In this document: in pieces, positions 10,138 through 20,993 of the stretch
Position numbering within the stretch: position 1 is the stretch's first letter
Layout: each line of letters begins with the position of its first letter
Origin: a virus
DNA length: 64,000 bases
Reading direction: 5' to 3' (one strand)
IMG/VR virus record: IMGVR_UViG_3300017977_000066
Location: 90,897-154,896 of that record
Notes under the pieces: generated by a model
What the model saw: the letters and a program-made list of their open reading frames with translations, nothing else
What the model was told of the DNA's origin: nothing
The model's database searches: none
Program-made: the position numbers and the translations under genes

Positions 10138-11313
10138 TTAATTTAGTGCGAAAGGGTCTTGGTTAAGACCTAAGACATCGTTGAGATTATCACTTTGTGT
10201 GTTATCCGTGAGACCGAACTGTGATGGCGGTGCTATAGGCTTATCCTCTTTAAGAGCATCCTCTTTACCAGCATCTATGAAATTCCTATAGCTAGCACTA
10301 TCTTTACTTATCAACCATACCAATTCAAATGTCTCTAGATTTATGACGGGATAGCCTCTAAAATCAAATGTCTTAAGCAGGTCATATGCTATAGGAACCA
10401 TCCTAGTAGGACTACCAGTTAAGAAGTTCTTAACATCAGGATGAAAAGTAGCTGCTAGTTTATTAAAGTCTAAGAGATATCTACTGTAGTTATATCTAGC
10501 TCCCATACAAGTAAAATTAATATTAATGTCATTAGTCTGCTCGTTATATGGCTTATCTCTACTATAGTCAGCATACTTACCACTAGGCCATGTATTAGGA
10601 AAACTAGCCCCTGTTACAAATGACTTAATTATGAATCTATTAGACTTGTCTAATGTGAACTTATATATCCTAGTGTTATAATCAAACTCATTCTCAGTTA
10701 TGAAGTCTAGATATGGATATACCATACCCTCAAATTCTAGTGATGAGTATTGGCCCCATTTTTCAAAGAGTGTAGATATAGGTTCGTTAATGAAGTTCTT
10801 AAATGTAGCACTTAATGAGAAGACATCGTTTATCTCGAACGTACCATCTATCATGGCTATCTGTTCTTTCCTTAACCCAGCTTTAGAAGTAAAAGTAGGA
10901 ACTGTACTATCTGGCCATCCAGACAGGTTAGTTAAGGTGTTGGTTAGTATAGGTATAAAAGGCATATGCTTATCTACAAAAGGACAGTCTATTTTTTCTG
11001 TACTATAGAACTCACTATTTAGCTCATAAGGGCATCTTGGATCTAATGTAACCCTAACGAATCTGTTAACAGTGTTAGGATTATCATCTAGGAGATTCTC
11101 TAAAAAATTACTATTCCTTATATTACTAGTCTGCATGTTTAGCTGTGGCCTAGTAAAGAACACTATACCTTGGCTCTCTTGGTTAGATTCTAATGATGGT
11201 AGTTGTTGACCATGACTAAAACCATATAGTGCATTACCTACTACTTTATCATTAGGTTTATTCTCAGAGGTATCCATAACCTCATTAATATTAATACGTT
11301 TTTTCATACTCAA
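10138..11313 (-). CDS. Virion tail/baseplate protein (phiKZ gp88-like)
   Basis: GIVFFTRPQLN, LSGWPD, DYNTRIY motifs; gene order. Confidence 0.75.
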   Translation of the reverse strand: MSMKKRININEVMDTSENKPNDKVVGNALYGFSHGQQLPSLESNQESQGIVFFTRPQLNMQTSNIRNSNFLENLLDDNPNTVNRFVRVTLDPRCPYELNSEFYSTEKIDCPFVDKHMPFIPILTNTLTNLSGWPDSTVPTFTSKAGLRKEQIAMIDGTFEINDVFSLSATFKNFINEPISTLFEKWGQYSSLEFEGMVYPYLDFITENEFDYNTRIYKFTLDKSNRFIIKSFVTGASFPNTWPSGKYADYSRDKPYNEQTNDININFTCMGARYNYSRYLLDFNKLAATFHPDVKNFLTGSPTRMVPIAYDLLKTFDFRGYPVINLETFELVWLISKDSASYRNFIDAGKEDALKEDKPIAPPSQFGLTDNTQSDNLNDVLGLNQDPFALN

Positions 11314-11401
11314 ATCCTCATTTTTTTCAAGTTAACATCTCCCATATAAAAGATAGGCTCAAGCATTTGTTTGAAAAATGAAATTCAGCAAGGAGTTAAC
11401 C

Positions 11402-12661
11402 ATGACGGGTAATGCTTTAAGTAAAAGCCTATTAGTTATAGGTAATGTAATCAAAAACACAATCAACGACGAAGAGGATCTTTTAAAACTAGAACCCGAT
11501 GTAGTTACATCTGGTAAAATAACTAGACTTATGTCTAAGTTCATCATGACACCTAACATCATCATAGATAAAGACCTTAGTTATATCGACCAGTCTAACC
11601 TAGATAAGGTTATTAAAACAGAGATAAACTTATTCACAGGTATCGTTACTAATGCTTTCCAAGTACTAGCTAGTGTATATGGTTCAGAACCTAGTGTTAT
11701 AATAGAGAAGTTAGGTAGAGACTCTAATAAAGATTATCTGTCTGATATCAACCGTGTTAGAGATTTGATAGATGGCATAGAAAGCTTCGATTATGTAGCT
11801 GATGCTCTTTTCAATACCGATGGTATCTTGCCTATAGCTGGTGTAGAAGCTACCCAAGGGGGTAGAAACGTTAGACGTAATAATGGTAAAGGTGGAGCAC
11901 ATGTGCATATTAAGCCTAACATTAATGTTAAACCTAACATTAATATAGCTGCTAATAAAAAAGAGGGTGGTAATAAAAAAGACCCTATCAATAACACTGG
12001 TGATGTTACTGCTCAGAAACTTCATAAAGATGCTAATGGCTTTATGAATGTCTATAATATAGAACTTAACCTCACTACCGCTAAAGGTGAACAGAGAGTT
12101 ATAACCATCCCTATCATCATTTATCCTAACATCACTTATACAGATGCTAATACATTAGTAGGTAACATGTTAGATTCCGATGTAGATAAAGGTTTCTTAG
12201 ATAGAATAGACCAATACAGAGCTGGACTAGTTTCACTTTCAGATATTATATTCGCTACAGATTTAGTTAAGAAATATAGAGATAAGAAAATAACTAACCA
12301 AAATGAGGTAGCTTCTTATCTTAATGCTGTTGATAAAACAACTACAGTTAAAGAACTCTTACATAATAAGAAAAGCTTCTCTAGAAACTATAATATCTAC
12401 ATCTTCGATATAAACAAGAAACCTCTTGTAGAGAAACAAGTTAAAGGTTCTCTATTTAAGAACAGGTATAAAGATAAACTTATGAATTCACTTTCGGCCT
12501 TCTCTATTTGTTTTGTAGATGATGCTAAAGAAGAAGTAGTTAACTATGTAGATGACATACCTGGTTTTAGTGCATTAAGTTATAAGATGCTATCTAAGGA
12601 TAAAAATGATGATGTTAACAGTATCATGAAAGATCTTTTCAATGGCAAACAACCTTTTTAA
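11402..12661 (+). CDS. Inner-head protein (phiKZ gp89-like)
   Basis: SD AAGGAG before ATG 11402; DRIDQYRAGL..SDIIFATDLV motif; IAGVE cleavage-like site. Confidence 0.7.
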   Translation: MTGNALSKSLLVIGNVIKNTINDEEDLLKLEPDVVTSGKITRLMSKFIMTPNIIIDKDLSYIDQSNLDKVIKTEINLFTGIVTNAFQVLASVYGSEPSVIIEKLGRDSNKDYLSDINRVRDLIDGIESFDYVADALFNTDGILPIAGVEATQGGRNVRRNNGKGGAHVHIKPNINVKPNINIAANKKEGGNKKDPINNTGDVTAQKLHKDANGFMNVYNIELNLTTAKGEQRVITIPIIIYPNITYTDANTLVGNMLDSDVDKGFLDRIDQYRAGLVSLSDIIFATDLVKKYRDKKITNQNEVASYLNAVDKTTTVKELLHNKKSFSRNYNIYIFDINKKPLVEKQVKGSLFKNRYKDKLMNSLSAFSICFVDDAKEEVVNYVDDIPGFSALSYKMLSKDKNDDVNSIMKDLFNGKQPF

Positions 12662-12672
12662 TGGAGTAAAAG

Positions 12673-13626
12673 ATGAGCAAACATGTAAAGAAAAAATTAG
12701 AAACATTGTATATAGAAAGAGATCAGCTTCTAGAGGTACTTAATGAGGTAGAGAAGAACATAGGTACTTCTACTATACCTACTTTAAAAAGCACTCTAGA
12801 TATAGTTAAGGGAACTAAAGTTCTTAAAGAGAGTATTTTATTTTCAGAAATGAAATTAAGAAATGATGAGGATTTCTTTAAGAGACTCATTAGTGTTACT
12901 ATTAAGTACTCCAAAATACTTCCTGTATTAAAGAATAAGGTTAATGAAGAGTTACCTGATACATTCGGTTCTAATACTAGTAATGTTAATATTAAGATAG
13001 CCTTATCATTAGTTAGTGAAGGTATCTTCTTAGCTGATAATGTAACAGACATAGTATCCTATATCATAAATACTTACTATACTAAGTCTGGTACTGAGCT
13101 AGAGTCTGGTTATAATCATAAGCTAGGGCATACTCTCATAAACCTTATAAAGCTTATACCCGAGTTAGAAAAAGCTAATCTTAGTGAGATAGTAGATATC
13201 ATCGGTAATGTACCTACTATAAACACATTAAGAAAAGAGACTAAGTCAGTTATACCTACTGATGTAGTTATAGGTTTTATTAGTAATACTTTTAAAATAA
13301 AAGGTGCTTATACTCTAACTTACATTAAGAGATCATTACGTTTTATTAATTTTAAAAAAGAGAATAAGACTAGAAAGATAAGTATAGCTGGTAAGAGTTT
13401 TATAGGTAATCCTGTTTATCACATAAGACTTTTTCTAATCGACTTAGAAGAGTTAAGATTTGAAAGACTTAAAGATAGTAGAAGACTTATGGAACTTAGA
13501 GTTTTAGAACTTAGACAGAAACAGCAGTCTGGGGTTACTGATGAAAAAGTTACAACAGCTATAAAGTATTATGAAGAAAAACTTAATAAGTTAGATATGA
13601 AAATAGAGAGATACCTTAGAGGGTAA
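12673..13626 (+). CDS. Inner-head protein (phiKZ gp90-like)
   Basis: GNPVYHIRL...MELRVLEL...IKYYEEKLNKLDMKI C-terminal motif. Confidence 0.75.
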   Translation: MSKHVKKKLETLYIERDQLLEVLNEVEKNIGTSTIPTLKSTLDIVKGTKVLKESILFSEMKLRNDEDFFKRLISVTIKYSKILPVLKNKVNEELPDTFGSNTSNVNIKIALSLVSEGIFLADNVTDIVSYIINTYYTKSGTELESGYNHKLGHTLINLIKLIPELEKANLSEIVDIIGNVPTINTLRKETKSVIPTDVVIGFISNTFKIKGAYTLTYIKRSLRFINFKKENKTRKISIAGKSFIGNPVYHIRLFLIDLEELRFERLKDSRRLMELRVLELRQKQQSGVTDEKVTTAIKYYEEKLNKLDMKIERYLRG

Positions 13627-13656
13627 TCTCTTTATTACATTTTTAAGGAGAAATAA

Positions 13657-15405
13657 ATGTATGTGGTAACAAAAGAAGATGGTAATAATAGTAATTTTAC
13701 TAGTACATGTGAAGATGGTTATAGTTGTGACCCTTCTACTATGTATGAGGAGATAACTAAGGTAGATGTTATGGTTAACACACTGAATGTTAAGAAGCAC
13801 GCATTAGAGTCATCATTAGCGCTATTTAACAGAGTAGATGATGATGAGGAATATGTTAACATGTATGCTGCTTCTGAAGCTATGGTATATGCTAGGTTAG
13901 CAGATGTGGCTGATGATATAACAGTAGGTGCTGAAGGGTTCTTTAATGTTGTCTATAAGGTCATAGCAGCTATATTTAAATCTATCATATCCCTTATATC
14001 TAAGATCATAAAGTTCATAAGCAGCATCTTTAAAGCTATCTTTGGTTTTCTGAACCATGATGATGTAACAACTTCTAAAGGTAGAGAAGATAAATTAGAC
14101 ATCGTGAAGGATAAGTTTAAAGATACTATAGACGAGTTCGTTAAGCTTAAATCTGAAGGTTATAAGGTATCTGAAATCTATACTAAGAGCCAAGAAGCAG
14201 TTATAGAAGCTTCTATAGCTAAAATAATCGATATGGTTAATAAAAACCTACCTTTAAAAGCTTATAAAAATGGCATAGGTGCTGATAACACAGTCAGTCT
14301 AACATCTGTTATATCTGCATATCAGAAGTACATTAATGGTATAGATAATGTATCTAACCTACTAGGTAACAAAACATTCATAGACACATTAAGTATAGGT
14401 GTACTAGAGTTCAAGCATAAGAGTAAAACTGATAGGATAAGTAGTACTAATATATCCGATATCGTTAAAAACATTATGGAGGCTATACATAACGTTGACC
14501 TTAACAATCCTAATTTAAGTGATGATCACGCTTACCCTGTAACTTCTCCTGATATAGCTAGCTTGCATACTCTTGTAGAAGCTGTTACTGAAAAGATAAA
14601 TATCGTTGCTAAAAATCCATTCGCTGGTCTGTCTGCACATGTAAATTTACATACTACAACTGAGCTTAGAAAAGAGGTTATTAATGAGCTTTTCATAGAT
14701 GACAAAAACACTAATGCTGCTTTAATAGCTATAACTCCTAAGAAGGCTTATGTATTAAGTACTACAGAGAAAGATAAAGCTACTCTAGATGATATCGTTA
14801 GACAACTAAAAAAGGCGTCTGAAGATCTAAGTGAGCATGTACATGATAATGATAGTACGATGCTAGAGATACTAAGTGAGCTAGCTTCTATCATTAAACT
14901 TATAGCTGATAATGTTACTGTAAAATTAGAAGTCATTGCTATGGATAATATAGTAGCCCTAGATGATGTTAATGCTACTGGCGTTAATACCGATGACTTA
15001 GATTATATAGACTCTACATTCACCATGAAAGGTAATACCATTATAGCAGATGCGTTTAGACTATACACTAGAGAGCTTAATCTTACTAACACATTAAAAA
15101 AAGCTAAAGATACTATGGAAGCATTAGAATATGGATTCAAAGCTGAAGAGAAGAAATTAAAAGCTTTAGAAAAAGATATTAAAGATATTTTAAATAATGG
15201 CGATAAGAAAACTAGTTTAGGTAATAGTGTTAATAGTTTAGTAAATAGTGTAAACTTTGTATCTACTGCATATGCCCATAATGTTAAATCATTAACTACT
15301 CTCATAGGCGATGCTACTATTAGTTATAATAACTCTAAGTTCACTGACATCTGCTCAGAGATATTAAAGTTATATCGTAACAGATTAGTTAACATACAAC
15401 TATAG
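13657..15405 (+). CDS. Inner-head/ejection protein (phiKZ gp93-family-like)
   Basis: Acidic propeptide ending VGAE, then amphipathic helix GFFNVVYKVIAAIFKSIIS. Confidence 0.65.
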   Translation: MYVVTKEDGNNSNFTSTCEDGYSCDPSTMYEEITKVDVMVNTLNVKKHALESSLALFNRVDDDEEYVNMYAASEAMVYARLADVADDITVGAEGFFNVVYKVIAAIFKSIISLISKIIKFISSIFKAIFGFLNHDDVTTSKGREDKLDIVKDKFKDTIDEFVKLKSEGYKVSEIYTKSQEAVIEASIAKIIDMVNKNLPLKAYKNGIGADNTVSLTSVISAYQKYINGIDNVSNLLGNKTFIDTLSIGVLEFKHKSKTDRISSTNISDIVKNIMEAIHNVDLNNPNLSDDHAYPVTSPDIASLHTLVEAVTEKINIVAKNPFAGLSAHVNLHTTTELRKEVINELFIDDKNTNAALIAITPKKAYVLSTTEKDKATLDDIVRQLKKASEDLSEHVHDNDSTMLEILSELASIIKLIADNVTVKLEVIAMDNIVALDDVNATGVNTDDLDYIDSTFTMKGNTIIADAFRLYTRELNLTNTLKKAKDTMEALEYGFKAEEKKLKALEKDIKDILNNGDKKTSLGNSVNSLVNSVNFVSTAYAHNVKSLTTLIGDATISYNNSKFTDICSEILKLYRNRLVNIQL

Positions 15406-15580
15406 TATATACTAAGTACTCTAGGGTACTTGGTAGCTTTATTTTGCATAGTTAATATATTATGAGATAGAACTATAAAGAAAATAAAGTGGAACTATAC
15501 CTATACGGGCATACATATAACTATGCGAGTGTACTGCACTTAAAACATTTTATAAAAATAAAAATATGAAGGATTTCATT

Positions 15581-17017
15581 ATGGGTTTCAAAATTGACTT
15601 AGGTTTAAATGAAAAAAGAGAAAGAAATACAACTGTAGATGTGGTTGCTGCTGCTGAGGCTATGAATGCTGCTGAGATGAGTCTTGTTAAATGTGAGACT
15701 GAAAAGGCTATCGTAGTTGCTGCTGCTGAGAACCTTGAGAGAGGTGTTCAACTTTCACAAGCTATCGCTGAAAAAACACAAGATGAAGGTGTTGCATTGG
15801 CTGTTGGTAATGAAGCATTAGTTGCATCTATGAGAATGTTAGGTCAAGCATCTGTTGGTGAATCACTTACTGCTGGTACTGAATCATTTACTGCTGGTGT
15901 AGAGGCTTCTGAGGGTATGCTTAAGAAGATGATCGATAAAGCTAAAGAGTATGCTAAAAAAGTATGGGATTTTATCCGTAACTTAATTGCTAAAGTTGTA
16001 AAATGGGTTAAGGCTCTTTTTGGTAAAGGTGATGATACTGCTACACAACTTAAAGAACTTCTTAAAAAAGCTAAAGATGACAAGCGCACTAAGCTTAATA
16101 CTAGCGAGTTCGATACTACTACTGCAACTAGACTTATTAAACAAGTTAAATATATCGCTAAACTTCGTGGTGACAAAGGTGTCGATGAGACTGCAGTTAT
16201 GGATAATCTAGGTGTCCTTTCTAAAGGCATATCTGCGGTTAAAGAGTTATCACTTAAAGATGCTTTAGGTGGGACTATGATAACAGAGGCTACTGCTGCT
16301 ATTGAAAACGCTGATGATAACATTACTTTAGATTCTTTAAAAAATAGTATTATTAGTGATATAGATATTCTGGATGAGAAAAATCAAGGTAAAATTCAAT
16401 TCACTGATGAACTTAAAAATGACCAAGATATGATTGAAGAAGAGTTAGATTCAGATATTGAAACTGCTATGGTTATGCCTTTATTTTTGGGTGCTGATTC
16501 TTTATCTGTTCTAGTTATCTACACTAATATCGATGATGCTACTATGTCTGATTTTAAAGCTGCTACTAAAATTGGTAAAGAAGCTGTTGATGTTGCTAAA
16601 AAAGCAGTCGATGGTATTAAAGTTAAAGTTATTACTATATCTCCGAGTTATGATGATGTAAAAGAGTATGAAGGTAAAATGGAGCCTATCCCATTTAACT
16701 CTGCTGATAACATCGTTAAAAAATTAGAAAAAGTTACTAAAAATGCAGATACGATAGCTAACAAATTAGAAAAAAATGCTGATAAAGTAGCTAAAGAGTT
16801 TAATAAAGCTTTAGATGATCTTGAAAAAACTGAGGCTGTTAAAAATAACACACCAGGTGTTAAAGGTTCTTTAGTACAACTTACTCGTTCACTAATTAAT
16901 CTTGCTGAAAAATCAACACAAGAAGTTGCTAAACACATGGCTTCACAAATTAGAGAAGCTGCTCGTCCTAAATGGGGTGATATCGTTAAAGAGTCTATTA
17001 GACTATACGAAAAATAG
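15581..17017 (+). CDS. Abundant inner-head/ejection protein (phiKZ gp93/gp162-family-like)
   Basis: Multiple A/G-x-E sites, then KVWDFIRNLIAKVVKWVKALF helix; high-expression codon usage; SD AAGGA before ATG 15581. Confidence 0.7.
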   Translation: MGFKIDLGLNEKRERNTTVDVVAAAEAMNAAEMSLVKCETEKAIVVAAAENLERGVQLSQAIAEKTQDEGVALAVGNEALVASMRMLGQASVGESLTAGTESFTAGVEASEGMLKKMIDKAKEYAKKVWDFIRNLIAKVVKWVKALFGKGDDTATQLKELLKKAKDDKRTKLNTSEFDTTTATRLIKQVKYIAKLRGDKGVDETAVMDNLGVLSKGISAVKELSLKDALGGTMITEATAAIENADDNITLDSLKNSIISDIDILDEKNQGKIQFTDELKNDQDMIEEELDSDIETAMVMPLFLGADSLSVLVIYTNIDDATMSDFKAATKIGKEAVDVAKKAVDGIKVKVITISPSYDDVKEYEGKMEPIPFNSADNIVKKLEKVTKNADTIANKLEKNADKVAKEFNKALDDLEKTEAVKNNTPGVKGSLVQLTRSLINLAEKSTQEVAKHMASQIREAARPKWGDIVKESIRLYEK

Positions 17018-17117
17018 TCTTAGCTATTAATAAGTCATTAGCCTTATGGCTAGTGGCTTATGACTTTAATAAGTTTTACAGATTTTCTTTTGAATTTAAT
17101 TATAAAGGATATATACT

Positions 17118-17648
17118 ATGGTAAATATAACACTAAATAAGGAAGAGAGAGTAGGAACTGATATCAGATATTACGATACTGCATTATACAACATGCTAGT
17201 AGGTACAGGAGACATCCCTAGTGGGGTAGATGGTCTTAACCTAGTTAACCAGTATAAGAACAAAACTATAAGCAATGATAACACTATGTTATCAGACGTA
17301 CTTAAAGAAGCTAATAGTACTACTAGAGTTCATGAGGGACGATACTATGCTATCAGAACCGTATCTCTATTAGTAGACTTCTTTAATACTAAACCTAACT
17401 ATAAGGCTAATGCCGATACTTATAAATATGGATTAGCAGAACTTGTAAGAGAAAAAATGGCTGGTTATTACGTAGATGAGGAAGAAGCAGATGGTATCGT
17501 ACTCAGAGGTAAGATAGATTTTAATAAGACATTACAGCCTCATGCTGATATGGATATCTTAACTGCTATCTCTATACTATACTCTACCATAGGTTTCCCA
17601 GCAGCTATTTTACTTATTAGATCCATCCATACCCTACATAGGGGTTAA
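17118..17648 (+). CDS. Hypothetical virion-module protein
   Basis: 176-aa ORF with SD AAAGGA. Confidence 0.7.
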   Translation: MVNITLNKEERVGTDIRYYDTALYNMLVGTGDIPSGVDGLNLVNQYKNKTISNDNTMLSDVLKEANSTTRVHEGRYYAIRTVSLLVDFFNTKPNYKANADTYKYGLAELVREKMAGYYVDEEEADGIVLRGKIDFNKTLQPHADMDILTAISILYSTIGFPAAILLIRSIHTLHRG

Positions 17649-17650
17649 CC

Positions 17651-19030
17651 ATGCTTACAAGATTAGTTATGGTAGACGGTATAGAGCAGACTATCATAGC
17701 TCCCATAGTTAAAGATGTTGTTAAGGACATACAAGATAAGTTCATCAAAGACGAGCATGTTAAAGTGTATACTAGTAGCTTCTATGAAGAAGATAATGTA
17801 GAGGTAGGCGATCATGTCACTACTAATGAGATAGGTAAATCTAAATTATTCGTTAACTTCGAGTATGAGGATAATGAAGAGATGTCTTATAGCCCTAGCA
17901 TGTATCGAGCTAAAGATAAGATAATCTTATTAGATAAGCAGACAGGGTTTAGTTTAAGACCTATATCTACTAATACTACTCTTACACTTACATTTAGCTA
18001 TAAGAATAAATCTAAAGTATCTGTACAGAGAGTTATTAATAAGCTTAAGAACTTCTTTAAATTTACAGGGCATACATTAGTACATAGTCTTACTTATAGC
18101 TATCTGTTCCCTGATGTACTTATGAGTCTTATGAGTAATGTATCTTCTTTAAAAGGTAACAGTAATGTCTTTGATTTTATAGACGATGCTGCTGTATATA
18201 ACTTTGATTATGCTGTTAAGAGAGGTTCTGATTTTAAGGTACCTAGTTTTAGAGGTAAGGCTGCCGGAGTTATGGGTGTTATGGAAGGTGATGGTTCTTC
18301 TCTTAAGATAAGTAAAGAAGAGGAGTTATATACCCTAGAGTTCTCTTATAACATAACATTCGATAAGCCTAATGCTTTAGCTGTGCATTATCCTATAACA
18401 GTTAACAACTTACCCATAGATAATAGTTGGCTTCCTAAGGAGTCTATAGTTAAATCTAGAGAGAGAAGCTCTGGAGCTTTTGATATTAATAGGATCATAA
18501 AGGATAAGTTCCGCACTGGAGATATTCAGAATGATATACTTATAAGAGTACCAGATTATGATCAGTTCACACCTAGTCTGAATCACAATGGCACTATGCT
18601 AACTTTACTATCCATATTAATACAACTAGATCCAGATGAGCCTGAACTCTTATTAGACTTAAACGATCTTGCTTATATAGGGATACCTGATTTCGTTATA
18701 GTTTATATGAAAAAAGCTGGTATAAAAGATTTCTTTAAACTAGGTTCTTCATTATTCTATTTCATGCTTTTTGAAAACAACTATATAAAAGATAAAGATA
18801 TGTCCAAGAATGCTGATGATCAGATAGTAGCTACTAAGCCACTAGATACTACTAAGACTTATCACTTAGTAGCTAATGTCTTAGTTAACAGAAGATTCTT
18901 AAGATTCTCTCATCATCCTGAAAGTATCGCTATGGTTGAAGCTATAGAGGTTATGAGGAAGATGGGTATAGAGTTCAAAGATGATACATTTGCCTTAGTA
19001 CAAGATGGTAGAAATACGAATGATTTTTAA
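17651..19030 (+). CDS. Virion structural protein (phiKZ gp98-like)
   Basis: FDKPNALAVHYPITVNN and RVPDYDQF motifs; gene order. Confidence 0.65.
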   Translation: MLTRLVMVDGIEQTIIAPIVKDVVKDIQDKFIKDEHVKVYTSSFYEEDNVEVGDHVTTNEIGKSKLFVNFEYEDNEEMSYSPSMYRAKDKIILLDKQTGFSLRPISTNTTLTLTFSYKNKSKVSVQRVINKLKNFFKFTGHTLVHSLTYSYLFPDVLMSLMSNVSSLKGNSNVFDFIDDAAVYNFDYAVKRGSDFKVPSFRGKAAGVMGVMEGDGSSLKISKEEELYTLEFSYNITFDKPNALAVHYPITVNNLPIDNSWLPKESIVKSRERSSGAFDINRIIKDKFRTGDIQNDILIRVPDYDQFTPSLNHNGTMLTLLSILIQLDPDEPELLLDLNDLAYIGIPDFVIVYMKKAGIKDFFKLGSSLFYFMLFENNYIKDKDMSKNADDQIVATKPLDTTKTYHLVANVLVNRRFLRFSHHPESIAMVEAIEVMRKMGIEFKDDTFALVQDGRNTNDF

Positions 19031-19109
19031 AATAGAAGTATATAGGTTTTTACCTATATGCTTTCTTGAACTCTAATTTTTGTTTGAATAATAAATATAA
19101 GGATATGTC

Positions 19110-20372
19110 ATGGCTATTTTCGGTGTTAATAAAGAAATAAATAGTAATATAGAAAGAAAAGAAGAATCATCCATAGTACCGCATTATGAATCAGATGCTG
19201 TAGATACTAGGCTGGTAGCTACCGTAGCAGGTCAAGCTTGGCCAGTTACATATTTTCATAGGTTGGTAGATGACAACATGAGTGTGACAGCTTATGACCC
19301 TAACCTTAATATAACACTACAGGATTATAACAGGATAGATGACTTCATCATTAAAGTTGATTCTGCTATACCAGTAGGTACTCCAGATGGCATGTCTGGT
19401 GATGGTATCATAGATGTTAATTTTGTACCTAACCCTAATGATCTGTTCTTAGTTAAGTCTCCAGATGGTAGAGTTTTTATATATGTCATAAATGCTATCA
19501 GTAGGATCAACTACAACGAGAGTTATCTGTTTAAGATAGAATATAACATACAGTCAGAAATAACTAATCCTAGTGATCCTATACTAACTAAACTTATGGG
19601 TGCTACTACTAATGAATTTGTTTATAATAAAGATTTCAGGATCAATGATGATAAGCCAGTTTATAGTAAAGCAGAATTTGATGTAAGAGAGAGATACCTA
19701 TTATACATAGAGACACTCATGAATGACTGGACCGAGAACTTTATAGTACAAGATAACAAATCCTATATGTCTTATAAAGCTGGTGATAATATAATATTTG
19801 ATCCTAATATGGAAGCCTTCATCAAGAGCACTATAGGTATCAGTAACTTACCGTCTATAGTTAAATTATTATCTCTAGATGTTGATGTTAGTATCTTAGA
19901 TACGTTCCTTAGGAATGATGTTATCTTTAATAGGATAAAACAGTATACACTTCTAAACAAGATAGGAAGCTATGGTAACAACCCATACCTATTTACTATA
20001 TCATATACTGGTATAAACAAAGTCTTAGCTTTAACTAGCATAGAAGATGATACTAATGTTAGTAACAATGAAGTTGTTAATGAGTTGTTCCCTAAGGTAG
20101 ACAATAAGTTCTATATATTTAGAGAGTATATCTATCTAGTATTAAGAGGTAGCGATATAACACTATTTAAAGATAACCTAACAACATTTGAAAATATGGT
20201 GTTAAGTATGGTTACTGGTAATATATTAGCAGATGCTGATATAGAGCTTATCTATAAAAATATCATGCAGCTAGATGAACAAGAGAGATTTTACTTCATG
20301 CCTATATTTGCTTATATGCTTAGATATACATTAGAAGTTCATACCGTAGAGTTCATAAGTAGTAGGAGTTGA
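19110..20372 (+). CDS. Virion structural protein (phiKZ gp99-like)
   Basis: VAGQAWPVTYF, PNPNDLF, ERFYFMPI motifs; gene order. Confidence 0.7.
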   Translation: MAIFGVNKEINSNIERKEESSIVPHYESDAVDTRLVATVAGQAWPVTYFHRLVDDNMSVTAYDPNLNITLQDYNRIDDFIIKVDSAIPVGTPDGMSGDGIIDVNFVPNPNDLFLVKSPDGRVFIYVINAISRINYNESYLFKIEYNIQSEITNPSDPILTKLMGATTNEFVYNKDFRINDDKPVYSKAEFDVRERYLLYIETLMNDWTENFIVQDNKSYMSYKAGDNIIFDPNMEAFIKSTIGISNLPSIVKLLSLDVDVSILDTFLRNDVIFNRIKQYTLLNKIGSYGNNPYLFTISYTGINKVLALTSIEDDTNVSNNEVVNELFPKVDNKFYIFREYIYLVLRGSDITLFKDNLTTFENMVLSMVTGNILADADIELIYKNIMQLDEQERFYFMPIFAYMLRYTLEVHTVEFISSRS

Positions 20373-20373
20373 T

Positions 20374-20985
20374 ATGGATGCTTCTACACTAACCTTTAAT
20401 AGAGTAACTGTACAGTCTATCATAGAGGATCTACATGGTAAGAAGATAACGGTCATCGTACCTGCAGCAGCACTCTATAGTGATGATGAACTAACTGCTC
20501 AAAATGAGCCTACTATGTTCATGGATAATGCTCCTATAAGATCTAAATCTAGCATGGGTAACGAAGTAACATATACTGGTACTAGTGCTAGTATAGTAGA
20601 CAATGAGATTAACAATAACTCTTCTAACAATAAGACTACTGTTAGGCTATCATTATCAGTAGTTATAGACCTTTATCATAAGCAGTTCTCTATTTATATA
20701 CCTAAGCATAATAATGACCTCATCAAGCTTGTAGACTTCATCAACGACATATTAAACAGATTAGAGAATAGTAGTGATGGCAGAGCTAATGAGATGTTCG
20801 AGTATATAGATGAGTTTTATAAAGTAGTTATAAAGAATCAGAAATCTAATATATCTAAGAAACTATCTTTAGATGCTATGTACCTACCAGACATGAAACC
20901 TGTAGTAGGATTCACTAGTAACACATTAGAAGAGGATGCTATCAATACTGCTACTTTTATAGATATAGACAGCATAACAGTTTAG
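20374..20985 (+). CDS. Hypothetical protein (phiKZ gp100-like position)
   Basis: 203-aa ORF coupled to neighbours. Confidence 0.65.
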   Translation: MDASTLTFNRVTVQSIIEDLHGKKITVIVPAAALYSDDELTAQNEPTMFMDNAPIRSKSSMGNEVTYTGTSASIVDNEINNNSSNNKTTVRLSLSVVIDLYHKQFSIYIPKHNNDLIKLVDFINDILNRLENSSDGRANEMFEYIDEFYKVVIKNQKSNISKKLSLDAMYLPDMKPVVGFTSNTLEEDAINTATFIDIDSITV

Positions 20986-20993
20986 GAGTTAGC

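Noticed and set aside
11909-11944. IKPNIN/VKPNIN short tandem repeat
   Set aside because: Small in-frame duplication in a linker with no further support for function
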